64,000 nucleotides of DNA from the NCBI GenBank assembly GCA_045586685.1, contig JAZNAU010000009.1:38635-102634 (forward strand). Direction: 5' to 3'. Shown here one piece after another: positions 47,116-57,208 of this stretch (position 1 is the stretch's first letter; every line of letters starts with the position of its first letter). This stretch comes from Clostridia bacterium (GTDB lineage Bacteria > Bacillota > Clostridia > HGM11514). The notes under the pieces were generated by a model. The model was given only the letters and a program-made list of their open reading frames with translations, ran no database searches and had not been told where the DNA came from. Position numbers and translations under genes: made by a program.

Positions 47116-49470
47116 TTATCGTAATTCACAAATGGTAACGCCCGACTCCCCTTCTCCGTACCGTCCCAGACGAAAGGAGGCAACCCGCTTATCCGTTTTT
47201 AAGGCTTGGGAAATGCCTGCTCTCAATGCACCTGTCCCTTTTCCGTGAATGATAGTAACCTGACTCAAAGACGCCAACACCGCCTGATCCAAAAATCGCT
47301 CTACCTCCAACAAGGCATCTTCAAGCAACATTCCTCTTACATCCACCTCGGTTGCTGCTGAAACATTGGACCGTTTCACCCCTGCAGTGGCACGGGTTTT
47401 TACACCGTCTCGGGTCACGGTGGTCTGCCCTTCCTTCAAGCTTAAGCCTGACAGTTCCACGTGCATCTTCATCAGTCCTACCTGCACCTGTACCCGACCG
47501 TCAGAAGAGGGCAATGCTAAAACGGTGCCTGTTTGCCCAAGCTCCGCAACCTCCACCGTCGTTCCGATTTTCAAATCCGAGGCTTTCACGCCCTTTGCTT
47601 TTACAAGAGAGGATACGGCTTGTGTCTTTTTTACCGATTCATTCAGCTTGGTTTTCACCTCAACCATTTTCTTTTGGAGACCTATCTTTCCTACCTGAGC
47701 ATGAAGTGCCTTGACTTCCTCTAACAAAGCATCGCTTTCCCGTTTTGCCTCCAGCACAATTTCCCGTGCTTGTTGTCTTGCTTTTTCCAACACTTTATCT
47801 GCCTTTTGGGCGGCTGTCTCTTGTTCTTTGGACACAGTGTTCCGAATCAAGCTGATTTCATGACGAAGCTTTGCTGCCTCTTCCGCCTCTTTTTCCGCTG
47901 CTTTACGGCTTTCCTCCACTTGGGTCAATACATCCTCAAACTGAATCGTTTCCTCGCTAAGACGTTTCTTTGCCGACTCCACTATTTTTTTACTTAAGCC
48001 TAATTTTTCCGAAATGGCAAAGGCGTTACTCTTTCCCGCAACTCCCATAATCAGCCGATAAGTAGGTTGCAGTGTTTTTACATCAAATTCACAGGAGGCA
48101 TTCTGCACGCCCTTTGTGGTCATGGCATAAACCTTCAATTCGCTGTAATGGGTGGTGGCCGCTACCCTTGCCCCAAAGGCACGCACTGTTTCAATAATGG
48201 AAATTGCCAGTGCCGCTCCTTCCGTAGGGTCTGTTCCCGCACCCAATTCGTCAAAGAGCACCAAAGAATCTCCGTCTGCTTCATTGGTAATTGCCACAAT
48301 ATTTTTCATATGAGCAGAAAAGGTACTAAGGCTTTGCTCAATACTTTGCTCGTCTCCGATATCTGCAAAAATTTTTTTACAAACCCGCACCCGACTTTGC
48401 TCTGCCGCAGGAATATGAAGCCCCGCTTGAGTCATAAGGGTCAAAAGACCGATGGTTTTTAATACCACCGTTTTCCCTCCCGTGTTGGGACCGGTAATAA
48501 TCAGCACACCTTCTCCCAAAGAAATATCCACAGGCACTACCGTTTTTTGATCCAACAAAGGATGGCGTGCCTTTTTCAGCTCTGTTTCCCCCGCCAGACT
48601 AAGCTCGGGAGAAATCCCATCCATGGCAAGGCTCATTCTTGCTTTTGCAAAAATAAAATCCAACTGAATGAGCAGGGTATAATTCTGCTTTATAGCGTCA
48701 CTTCTCAACGCAACCTCTGCGGTAAACTCCGCCAAAATACGTTCAATTTCTTCCTTTTCCTTCAGCTCAAACTCACGAATTTTGTTGTTCTCATTTACCA
48801 CCGCCATAGGCTCAATAAAAAGAGTGGCACCTGAGGCAGAAGTGTCATGAATCATCCCGGGTACATCCCCCCGATATTCCGCACGAACAGGAATGACATG
48901 TCTTCCCGCTCTCATGGTCACAATAGGGTCCTGGAGAATTTTCTGATATTTTGGGGAACGAATCATATCGTTTAACATTCCTCTTACTCGTTCAGAAGAC
49001 AGTTTCATCTGACGGCGAATTCCGCTCAAAGTAGGACTTGCATTATCCACCACCTCGTCTTCCCCCAAAAAGCTGCCAAAAATCCGTTCTTCAAACAGCT
49101 TATCAGGGGTCAACCCCATAAAATAACCATTCAAAGAATCAGACTGTTCCCCTTGGGTGGAAGAAACCGTCCGAGCCGACTGCAAAATCCGGCCTATACA
49201 CAGCAAATCTCCGATACGAAGCACAGAACCAATCCCCGCACGATGTAAGGCACCGCTTACATCAGCAAGTTTATCAAAGGCGGGATTGGTGCATTTTAAG
49301 CATCTCTGCACCGCATCTGTGGTTTCCCTTTGCAATGCCGCAATGGTTTGTAGGTCCGTTTCAGGCTTTAAGTCTTCCGCCTTTCTCTTCGCTCCTTCAC
49401 TGACAGCAAAGCCGGAAAGCCGCTTTTTTATTTTATCAAATTCCAATATTGATAATGTTTTTTGTTTCAT
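47116..49470 (-). CDS. mutS2: Endonuclease MutS2
   Basis: ITGPNTGGKT, DIGDEQSIEQSLSTFS, DELGAGTDP and C-terminal Smr domain (IIHGKGTG). Confidence 0.96.
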   Translation of the reverse strand: MKQKTLSILEFDKIKKRLSGFAVSEGAKRKAEDLKPETDLQTIAALQRETTDAVQRCLKCTNPAFDKLADVSGALHRAGIGSVLRIGDLLCIGRILQSARTVSSTQGEQSDSLNGYFMGLTPDKLFEERIFGSFLGEDEVVDNASPTLSGIRRQMKLSSERVRGMLNDMIRSPKYQKILQDPIVTMRAGRHVIPVRAEYRGDVPGMIHDTSASGATLFIEPMAVVNENNKIREFELKEKEEIERILAEFTAEVALRSDAIKQNYTLLIQLDFIFAKARMSLAMDGISPELSLAGETELKKARHPLLDQKTVVPVDISLGEGVLIITGPNTGGKTVVLKTIGLLTLMTQAGLHIPAAEQSRVRVCKKIFADIGDEQSIEQSLSTFSAHMKNIVAITNEADGDSLVLFDELGAGTDPTEGAALAISIIETVRAFGARVAATTHYSELKVYAMTTKGVQNASCEFDVKTLQPTYRLIMGVAGKSNAFAISEKLGLSKKIVESAKKRLSEETIQFEDVLTQVEESRKAAEKEAEEAAKLRHEISLIRNTVSKEQETAAQKADKVLEKARQQAREIVLEAKRESDALLEEVKALHAQVGKIGLQKKMVEVKTKLNESVKKTQAVSSLVKAKGVKASDLKIGTTVEVAELGQTGTVLALPSSDGRVQVQVGLMKMHVELSGLSLKEGQTTVTRDGVKTRATAGVKRSNVSAATEVDVRGMLLEDALLEVERFLDQAVLASLSQVTIIHGKGTGALRAGISQALKTDKRVASFRLGRYGEGESGVTICELR

Positions 49471-49606
49471 AGTCCTTCTCCAAACAATAGTCTTTCTTCT
49501 ATTATACCAGATAATCCGCTAAAAAGAAAGATTGAATGTTGAAATTTTTAAAAAAATATGATATGATAGATTCAGTATGTAACTTTATCACAAAAGAAGG
49601 CTGATT

Positions 49607-50704
49607 ATGAGAGAAAAAGAAACTGTAAAAACACCTTTTGATTATTTTCTGTTTATTCTTTGCATGGCAGTGACCATTCTTGGAATTGCCATGATTTTCA
49701 GTGCCGTTGGATTTTCTTCGGCTATTCGTCAAACAGCAGCCATGGTCATCGGGGCAGGATGTATGTATCTGGTGCTTAGCATCCCCAATCGGTTTTATCA
49801 TCGATTTTGGTGGGTGTTTTTTCTGATGAATCTGGTGTTACTGGGATTGACTCTTTCTATGGGAATCGGAAGGGAGGAAACAGGAGGACAAAGTTGGCTT
49901 ATTTTGGGTCCTGTTCGTTTTCAACCGGGTGAGCTTGTGAAAATGGGCTTTATCATTTCCTTTGCCGCTCATGTGGATACAGTAAAAGAAAATATAAACC
50001 GTTTCTCCGTCATCCTGATTTTACTTCTTCATGCAGGAGTGATTATTGGATTGATTTTAGCACAGCCCGATGCCGGAACCGCCCTTGTTTTTTTGTTCAT
50101 TACTGTTGCTATGATGTACGCCGCAGGTCTTCATTACAGTTGGCTTATTGCAGGGGGTTTGGTGACCTTGGGTGCACTTCCCTTCCTTTGGATCATTCTT
50201 CAACCCTATCAAAAGGAGCGGATTCTCACCTTTTTTAACCCCCAGCGGGACCCTCAAGGATACGGTTATCAGGTCATACAATCAAAAGCCGCCATTTCCG
50301 GCGGCGGCCTTTACGGGCACGGTTATTTACAAGGAGTGCTCACCCAAAGTGATGCACTCCCTGCCAAGCATACTGACTTTTTATTTGCCGTATTGGGAGA
50401 GGAATTGGGCTTTTGGGGTTGTTTGCTGATAATGGCGCTGTTATTTACCATTATTCTTCGAGTCTTTTTTACCGCCAAAGCCGCCAAAACCTCTTTCGGT
50501 ACCATTGTGTGTACAGGAATCGGCGCCATGCTTTTATTTCATTCCTTTGAAAATATGGGAATGTGCATAGGACTTATGCCTGTCACAGGAATCCCTCTTC
50601 CCTTTTTCAGTTACGGAGGAACCGCTTTGATTACCGTCTTTATCGGAATCGGTCTGGTTATGAATGCCCGATACCGAACGACAACAGAATCACGCCGAAA
50701 GTAA
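49607..50704 (+). CDS. rodA: SEDS-family peptidoglycan polymerase (RodA/FtsW)
   Basis: FQPGELVK, QPDAGT, HTDFLF..GEE.G and GIPLPFFSYGG motifs. Confidence 0.88.
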   Translation: MREKETVKTPFDYFLFILCMAVTILGIAMIFSAVGFSSAIRQTAAMVIGAGCMYLVLSIPNRFYHRFWWVFFLMNLVLLGLTLSMGIGREETGGQSWLILGPVRFQPGELVKMGFIISFAAHVDTVKENINRFSVILILLLHAGVIIGLILAQPDAGTALVFLFITVAMMYAAGLHYSWLIAGGLVTLGALPFLWIILQPYQKERILTFFNPQRDPQGYGYQVIQSKAAISGGGLYGHGYLQGVLTQSDALPAKHTDFLFAVLGEELGFWGCLLIMALLFTIILRVFFTAKAAKTSFGTIVCTGIGAMLLFHSFENMGMCIGLMPVTGIPLPFFSYGGTALITVFIGIGLVMNARYRTTTESRRK

Positions 50705-50715
50705 TGAAAAGAAGT

Positions 50716-50742
50716 AAAAAGGTGCCGAAAGCGCCTTTTTTT
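50716..50742. terminator. Intrinsic terminator
   Basis: AAAAAGGTGC-cgaaa-GCGCCTTTTTTT. Confidence 0.7.
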
Positions 50743-50821
50743 TGTTTGTCACGATATTGAGCCACACCATAGCTTGCAGTATGAATTCCGATTAGCAGAT
50801 ACAACACGGATAATACCACCC

Positions 50822-51904
50822 TCATCGCTTGTTCACCTCTGTTTTCACCGTTTTAAACTTCACGTTTACATAGATGTCCGCCTGTTGAAATTTGTTATTC
50901 CAATCATACTGTTCCCAGTCCTGAATTGTTTTAAAATGACGTGCAGCATGGTTCCCAAATCCCCAAACATCACTTCCGCACAACCTTGTTCTTTCTGCCG
51001 TTTCCCGAAAATAATCTTCTATTTTTGTTGCAATCTCAGCATCTCTTGCGGTGGGATTTCCGGGAATTTCTCCTTCCATAAAGCCACCCTGCAAACGGAC
51101 TGTAAGATAGATTTTGGGAATCTCGCTTTTGGTATCTGTTTTAATACGAATCTTAGGGCGGGCATTCAGGTCTGCCACCATATCTCCCGCCGTCATGGTA
51201 CCGCCTTCAAACTCTCCCCGTACCATCATGGTACAAACAGACTGGTATTTATCCAACAACTCTACCATTTTATCTCTCTGAAACAGTGCTGTACCGTACA
51301 ACTCCCCTTTTTCCTCTACCGATTTACAGTACACCGCATAAGTCTGCCCGTACTCTGATTCCATCTCACGGCAAAAATCTTCAAAGGTACGGATAGGGAA
51401 ATATAAATCCTTACGGGGGCGGAACAGCAGTTGTTCCAATTCCTGAGACAAAACCCCCGTTACATTTTCCTGCATATAGGTCAGATACTCCTCTGCTCCT
51501 GACTTGGTGACAAGGACCCCCATTACATTTCGGGTTTCCATATGCTGACGGATAGCAGAAATATGAGGGGATAGCCCTTCCCTTGCCAGCTCCTCCGAAA
51601 ATACAACGGCTTTTACATGAAGGAGGGAGACTCCTCTTGCAATCTGCAGATTCATTTGATTCAAGCCTTCATACACATTGTCCGCCTCTACTGTAAAAAT
51701 CTTGCTGTCACTTTGTTGTTGCTGTCCTTCTCCGGAATCGCCCCCATATACAGGCAAAATCAGGCTTAGCTTTACCCCCTCTTCGCTTTTGTCTAGGCCT
51801 ATCATAATGGCGTACAGCTCATCAGATACCTCAACGCTGTCATAACAACCCGTCATACAAATCATCAATCCTATCAGCATACTAACAAACAAACATCTAC
51901 CCAT
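50822..51904 (-). CDS. Ger(x)C spore germination lipoprotein
   Basis: Lipobox MTGC-YD, SEELAREG and DVWGFG motifs. Confidence 0.88.
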   Translation of the reverse strand: MGRCLFVSMLIGLMICMTGCYDSVEVSDELYAIMIGLDKSEEGVKLSLILPVYGGDSGEGQQQQSDSKIFTVEADNVYEGLNQMNLQIARGVSLLHVKAVVFSEELAREGLSPHISAIRQHMETRNVMGVLVTKSGAEEYLTYMQENVTGVLSQELEQLLFRPRKDLYFPIRTFEDFCREMESEYGQTYAVYCKSVEEKGELYGTALFQRDKMVELLDKYQSVCTMMVRGEFEGGTMTAGDMVADLNARPKIRIKTDTKSEIPKIYLTVRLQGGFMEGEIPGNPTARDAEIATKIEDYFRETAERTRLCGSDVWGFGNHAARHFKTIQDWEQYDWNNKFQQADIYVNVKFKTVKTEVNKR

Positions 51905-52985
51905 GCTTTTTCACCTTCTTTTGCAACATTCCAATCAACCAAACAAGAACACAGCATAAAAATAAGACACCGCCACTGTAACGAAATAAGATTGCCGCCG
52001 TCTGGCTAAACTCCTTGGTCTGAACCTGACTTACAGTAGCAAGAGCAAAAACCATTAACAAATTAGGAAGAAGCAGTTCTCTCTTTTCTTTTATTTCATA
52101 GATTGTACTATATAGTGAAACGGTGAGATAAAACCAGATACAGGTTCCCATTGCCACCGCAATCACCATTACAAGAAAAAAAACCGCCTCCATTCGCTGA
52201 AATAATTGGTTAAAGTAAACATTTTGCACAATTTCCACCAATCCCACCGTTTTCCCCTGAGAGGAACGGTACCCAAAGGTGAGAAGATATCCCAAAAATG
52301 ACAGAACAACCGCTCCTCCGCACCATAACATTCCCCAAAAACCATTGATTTTCAAGTTGGATGTGTGGGGTGTAACGGCAGATAAAATAAGAATCAAATC
52401 CACATAAACGGACAATCCGCCCAGCACCCCGATTCCCGAACGTAAAAAGCCGTATCCTCCTGCCGGAAAAAACAAATTCCAATCATACTGCTTGCTTCCG
52501 ATGAGGAGAGCTGCAAAAACAGCAATCAGAACAGGGACAAAAAAGAGGGAGGCAGATTTTGCAATTCCGTTCAATCCGTAACGGCAAATCAGCCACGCCA
52601 CAAATAAAAATCCTGCTGTAAAGATCCAGAATGGAGTGGTTGGAAAATTATAAATTTTAATAAGCTGTACCGCTTCTCCCAAATGGTCTGATGTATATGC
52701 CACAAAATACAGATAAAAAAGAGTTCCCAAACCCGTACCAAACCCCTTCCCTAATACAGATTGAAAAATTTCGGGTAAGGTCTCATTCGGATACAACTTC
52801 ATCAAATGCATCATAGCGAGAAAGAAAAGAAGGCTGACTCCAAAGGATAAAAGCTGGGTATACCACACCGCAGTGCCAACCGCACCCACACCATCAGGTA
52901 ACAAAGAAAAAAACAGTTTAGGCAGAATTGCCATGCAAAGCAAACCTTTTATTTCCCGTCCTCCAAAAGAACACTCATTGTTCAT
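51897..52985 (-). CDS. Ger(x)B germination receptor membrane subunit
   Basis: About 10 TM segments, PTTP and FQRMEAVF motifs; lies between gerA- and gerC-like genes. Confidence 0.85.
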   Translation of the reverse strand: MNNECSFGGREIKGLLCMAILPKLFFSLLPDGVGAVGTAVWYTQLLSFGVSLLFFLAMMHLMKLYPNETLPEIFQSVLGKGFGTGLGTLFYLYFVAYTSDHLGEAVQLIKIYNFPTTPFWIFTAGFLFVAWLICRYGLNGIAKSASLFFVPVLIAVFAALLIGSKQYDWNLFFPAGGYGFLRSGIGVLGGLSVYVDLILILSAVTPHTSNLKINGFWGMLWCGGAVVLSFLGYLLTFGYRSSQGKTVGLVEIVQNVYFNQLFQRMEAVFFLVMVIAVAMGTCIWFYLTVSLYSTIYEIKEKRELLLPNLLMVFALATVSQVQTKEFSQTAAILFRYSGGVLFLCCVLVWLIGMLQKKVKKHG

Positions 52986-54582
52986 GCTTCTCCCCCTTTT
53001 TCAAAAGCCATCGCCTGGAAATTTTTGGCTGATTATTAACATGTGCGGGATTTAAATCATCAGGACGAAACTCCTTTTTCCACGGAGGAGGTGCATAAAC
53101 AAAAAAGGATTTGTAGTTGGTTTTAGGAATTTTAGGGCTAAATTCTCCCACTCCGAAAGTCTGCTGTGCACTTGTCAACGCCGTAACAGCAGCAAGCCCG
53201 ATTCCCAAGCCGAAAAACCCGAACATCCCCGCCAATACAATCAGCAACACACGCACAATCCGCATTCCAAAAGCAAAGGAGAAATCCGTAATGGCAAAGC
53301 TGGAAATTCCCGTCACCGCAATGACAATGATGGTCAGAGGACTGATTAAATTTGCCGCTACCGCTGCCTGTCCTAAAATCAAGCCCCCTACAATCCCGAT
53401 TGTGCCGCCAATGACTCCCGGCACACGAATTCCCGCCTCCCGAATCAACTCAAAGGAAAATTCCATTAACAGCATTTCCACCATAGCAGGAAGGGGAACA
53501 TTTTCCTGTGTTTTGGCAATGGCAATGAGAAGCTCTGTAGGAATCATACCCCGATGAAAATTGACAATCGCCACAAAAAAGCCGGGAAGGAGAGCAGAAA
53601 GAAGAATTGCCAAAGCTCGGGTTAGGCGGGTCAAAGTTGCATATTGCCACCGCATCTGTGCATCCTCGGGGGACTTAATTAAATTGGAAATTCCCACAGG
53701 CATGACCAATACTTGGGGCGTCCCCTCCACCACCACGGCCACTCTCCCCTGACACAGATGATGGGCAACCGCATCAGGACGTTCTGTGGAAAGCAGGTTG
53801 GGAAGAAGCCGAAAGGGACCGTCCTCAATCATCTGCTCCACCATTCCAGAACCGTACAGAAAATCACTGCTTAAACTGCCGATTCGCCTCTTTACCTCCT
53901 CCACCAAAGCGGGGTTGGTCAGTCCTTTCAGGTACATAACCCCGCAAGGATTTCGATTGATGGTTCCAATCTGAATAAATTCCGTCACCAGATTGGGACT
54001 GCGGACAATTCTGCGAATCAGAGTGGTGTTGGTTCTGATGCTCTCAGAAAATGCCTCCTGAGCACCTTTGATGGTGCTTTCATTTTCCGATTTTCCAACA
54101 CTTCGTTTGTCAAATCCCTTGGTTTCGCATACATAAACTGCGTTTACCCCCTCTACAAACACCACTGTATCGCCAATGAGAATTCCGCTTTCAGCATCTG
54201 CCAATCTTTCTTGCTGTTTCATGGAATTTATCTGAATGGTATCAGATATCTGTTGCTTTAGATTTCTCCCCGAAAATTCTGTCAGCATAAGGGGTTTTAA
54301 AATAAATTCATTTACCGTAACAGAACGTACCATTCCGTCGATATGCATTAAAAATGCTCTTGTGCCGTTTTTTAAGGTAAATTCACGAAGAACAATATCA
54401 TTATTTTGAGGAACGGAAAACCGACTCTTCATCCATGTCAGATTTTTTTCGTAATGGGACGAAATCTTTCCGTTTCCCTTGCTTTTTTCAGTTTTTTCCT
54501 TGTAGGGCGGAAGAATAAATTTTTCCTGTCTTTGGGTGGGTTGATACAGAAACATTTTCTTTACTTTGGAAAACAGACCCAT
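52975..54582 (-). CDS. Ger(x)A spore germination protein
   Basis: TERPD, ELIREAGIRVP and IVGGLILGQAAV motifs; ATG 54582 after AAAGGAG. Confidence 0.92.
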   Translation of the reverse strand: MGLFSKVKKMFLYQPTQRQEKFILPPYKEKTEKSKGNGKISSHYEKNLTWMKSRFSVPQNNDIVLREFTLKNGTRAFLMHIDGMVRSVTVNEFILKPLMLTEFSGRNLKQQISDTIQINSMKQQERLADAESGILIGDTVVFVEGVNAVYVCETKGFDKRSVGKSENESTIKGAQEAFSESIRTNTTLIRRIVRSPNLVTEFIQIGTINRNPCGVMYLKGLTNPALVEEVKRRIGSLSSDFLYGSGMVEQMIEDGPFRLLPNLLSTERPDAVAHHLCQGRVAVVVEGTPQVLVMPVGISNLIKSPEDAQMRWQYATLTRLTRALAILLSALLPGFFVAIVNFHRGMIPTELLIAIAKTQENVPLPAMVEMLLMEFSFELIREAGIRVPGVIGGTIGIVGGLILGQAAVAANLISPLTIIVIAVTGISSFAITDFSFAFGMRIVRVLLIVLAGMFGFFGLGIGLAAVTALTSAQQTFGVGEFSPKIPKTNYKSFFVYAPPPWKKEFRPDDLNPAHVNNQPKISRRWLLKKGEKHEQ

Positions 54583-54712
54583 AGCTTTATCTCCTTTCAG
54601 AGAAATTCTGTTTTTATTTTCGCCAATGTATGGAATTTTATCCATTCCACTTGACTTTTTTTAAATTTGTGATATGATTAAAATAGGAACGATTTAAGGA
54701 AGGATGAAACCA

Positions 54713-55276
54713 ATGAAACAGACCTATCCCATAAACATTGCAGGCTTAGAACGCAAGCTTACCTTATATCCTGTCAGTGACACCGTATCCATTGCAGCAT
54801 TTATTATGTTCGGCGATGTGGAAATGACAAAAAAGTGTGCAGAGGAGCTCATAAAGCGTGCACCTGAGCACGATATTCTGATTACCGCAGAATCCAAAGG
54901 AATTCCTTTACTTTATGAAATGGCAAGACAGGAAAACGCAGATAATTACATAGTGGCAAGAAAAGCCCCGAAAGTTTATATGGAAGACATTATTACCACT
55001 GCAGTAGACTCCATTACCACCGCAAACAGCCAGACTCTTTGCATTGGCAAAACGGAAATTGATGCCATAAAGGGCAAACGTGTGCTGATTGTGGATGATG
55101 TTATCAGTACGGGAGAATCTTTAACTGCTGTGGAAAAACTGGTGAATCAAGCAGGCGGTATCATTGTAGGGAAAATGGCAGTATTAGCTGAAGGTGAGGC
55201 TGCCCAGCGGGATGATTTGATTTTCCTCGAACCCCTTCCTCTCTTTCGTGCGGACGGAACACCCATAGAGTTATAA
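54713..55276 (+). CDS. Purine phosphoribosyltransferase (Apt-like)
   Basis: AESKGIP, VARK and PRPP-binding IVDDVISTGES. Confidence 0.85.
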   Translation: MKQTYPINIAGLERKLTLYPVSDTVSIAAFIMFGDVEMTKKCAEELIKRAPEHDILITAESKGIPLLYEMARQENADNYIVARKAPKVYMEDIITTAVDSITTANSQTLCIGKTEIDAIKGKRVLIVDDVISTGESLTAVEKLVNQAGGIIVGKMAVLAEGEAAQRDDLIFLEPLPLFRADGTPIEL

Positions 55277-55326
55277 TCCGCTTGTATATTCTTTTAAAAC
55301 TATAAAAACCGAAAGAAGGATACCCC

Positions 55327-56706
55327 ATGAATAAAAAATTATGTTCTCTGGCTTTAGGGCTAACAATGGCAATTTCAGTACCTTTCTGTGTTTTTGCAAA
55401 TCAGCCGGTGGATGAAGTTACTTGTACCATAAAACAAAACGAAAATTTTGAACAAACTATTTTGGAAGGAATCGGCCGTGATGGTTCTGTGGTCTGGACC
55501 TATGGAACGGAATTGACAGAAAAAAGCGAAAAAGGAAACGTTTTTTGGTACGGTCAATCAGGCAATCTTTTCTTCTTAAACGTGAAGGGAAGTCTGCAAG
55601 CCTTTGATACCCTGACCGGTAAAATTCTTTGGAGCACACCTGAGGGAGAATATGATAATGCTCACGGCATTTTTGACGGTTCCGGAAATCTTTGTATGGT
55701 CAGCGTAAGCGGACCTATCTCCTTGTTGGACAGAAGTGGTAATATTTTAGCGAGATTTAATACAGATAAGAAATACAGTTCTCTAATTGTCAACTCTATG
55801 GTGATGAAGGACAATCATCTGACGTTAAAATATGCAGCAGAAGGCTTTGGAGCAGATACCAAGGCATTTAATGACTATAACACCATGCCTTCCTTAACCG
55901 TTAATCTGTCCAGATATCAAAGTCAGGTCAAGGTCGCCATTGACGAAAATGCCGTTACCTTTGATGTCCCACCCTTTATTGAGCAGGACAGAACTTTTGT
56001 TCCGGTTCGTGCGATTTTTGAAGCTCTGGGTGCCCAAGTCAGCTGGGACGGAACAACCAAAACCGTGACAGCCAAAAAGGATGATACCACCGTCACTCTA
56101 TGCATAGGCAAAAAGGAAATCACGGTAAACGGAATGGGTAAGGAGTTGGATATTGCACCTCAGATTGTTCATGACAGAACTCTGGTTCCTGCCCGTGCTG
56201 TATCCGAAGCATTTGGCTATAATGTAGGCTGGGACGGGGAATCCAAAACGGTTCTGATTACTACCGCTGTTTCTCAGCCGGAGGTTCTGACCGTTGATTC
56301 TACTGCTTTTTCTTACATTGGTCAGACCTACAAAGAATTAAGTGAAGTTTTAGGTGCCGTTTCTCAGGTAAATTGGTATAACGGACCCATTGCTTCGTTG
56401 GAAGGCAGTGCAGTTTGGATGGGTTTCGGAGACGGCAGCTGGTATCAGTCCAACACAGAGTATTACCTGACAGCCGATGCAATTTGTACGTCTGTCATCA
56501 CCAATGCAGGCAAAATGTTTCCCAACATGGGTGATTCAGCCACTCTTACGCAAATTGCCCAAGCATTAAACGCAGAATCTCCTCAACCTGCTATAGATGA
56601 AAACGGAAACATTACCGCTCTCTTTTCCTATTTGGGAAAAACGGTTACGGTTTATATGGCAGATCAGGAATCCGTCAATACAAACAGTTTGATTTCAATT
56701 CAATAA
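55327..56706 (+). CDS. Secreted copper-amine-oxidase-N domain protein
   Basis: Signal peptide, PQQ-like repeats (AFDTLTGKILW), central RTFVPVRAIFEALGAQVSWD. Confidence 0.8.
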   Translation: MNKKLCSLALGLTMAISVPFCVFANQPVDEVTCTIKQNENFEQTILEGIGRDGSVVWTYGTELTEKSEKGNVFWYGQSGNLFFLNVKGSLQAFDTLTGKILWSTPEGEYDNAHGIFDGSGNLCMVSVSGPISLLDRSGNILARFNTDKKYSSLIVNSMVMKDNHLTLKYAAEGFGADTKAFNDYNTMPSLTVNLSRYQSQVKVAIDENAVTFDVPPFIEQDRTFVPVRAIFEALGAQVSWDGTTKTVTAKKDDTTVTLCIGKKEITVNGMGKELDIAPQIVHDRTLVPARAVSEAFGYNVGWDGESKTVLITTAVSQPEVLTVDSTAFSYIGQTYKELSEVLGAVSQVNWYNGPIASLEGSAVWMGFGDGSWYQSNTEYYLTADAICTSVITNAGKMFPNMGDSATLTQIAQALNAESPQPAIDENGNITALFSYLGKTVTVYMADQESVNTNSLISIQ

Positions 56707-56723
56707 CACACTTTTCTTTTAGA

Positions 56724-56764
56724 AAACAACCGTCGGAAAATGAAACATTTTCCGGCGGTTGTTT
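56724..56764 (+). terminator. Intrinsic terminator
   Basis: AAACAACCG.CGGAAAATG-aaa-CATTTTCCG.CGGTTGTTT. Confidence 0.8.
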
Positions 56765-56787
56765 ATTATTGCTTGTGTTAACGAATA

Positions 56788-57110
56788 CTACGGGCTACGC
56801 ACAAGTGCGTTTTTTCTGTTAGCCTGCCAGCCATGGAATTGCTACTTGTTACCCATAAATAGGCTGTACTGCTCTATCAAGGGGTCCAGGGGCGAAGCCC
56901 CTGTGTCGTTTTAAGGGGTGCGGGGGAAATCGAAATCCCCCGCGTTTTTGCTACTTTTGTCGCACAAAAGTAGGCCCGCCAGACAGGGCATACAAAAGGA
57001 AAAGTCTGAACAACACCTCCCTGTTTTGCACACCGGAAAACAATAGTAAATTTCTCATTTTGATATATTATTTATATTCTTTACATCTATTCTGTTTTAT
57101 TTTCGTTTAT
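56788..57110. mobile_element. Non-autonomous palindromic element, copy B (lacks the terminal hairpin)
   Basis: Matches about 28938-29260. Confidence 0.8.
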
Positions 57111-57159
57111 CGGTTAATCTTTTTTGAACCTCACGACTATCGCATGGTTTTCGTTATAC

Positions 57160-57198
57160 AAAAAATAGCCCCCCATTAAATTTTTAATGGGGGGCTAT
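57160..57198 (-). terminator. Terminator after the SLH enzyme gene
   Basis: ATAGCCCCCCATTAAA/TTTAATGGGGGGCTAT stem with T tail on the minus strand. Confidence 0.85.
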
Positions 57199-57208
57199 AA
57201 GAAATGGA

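Noticed and set aside
54615-54643. Sigma-F/G-like promoter upstream of gerA (GGATA-14-GGCGAAAATA)
   Set aside because: Plausible, but spacing and -35 deviate from consensus; too weak to list as a feature
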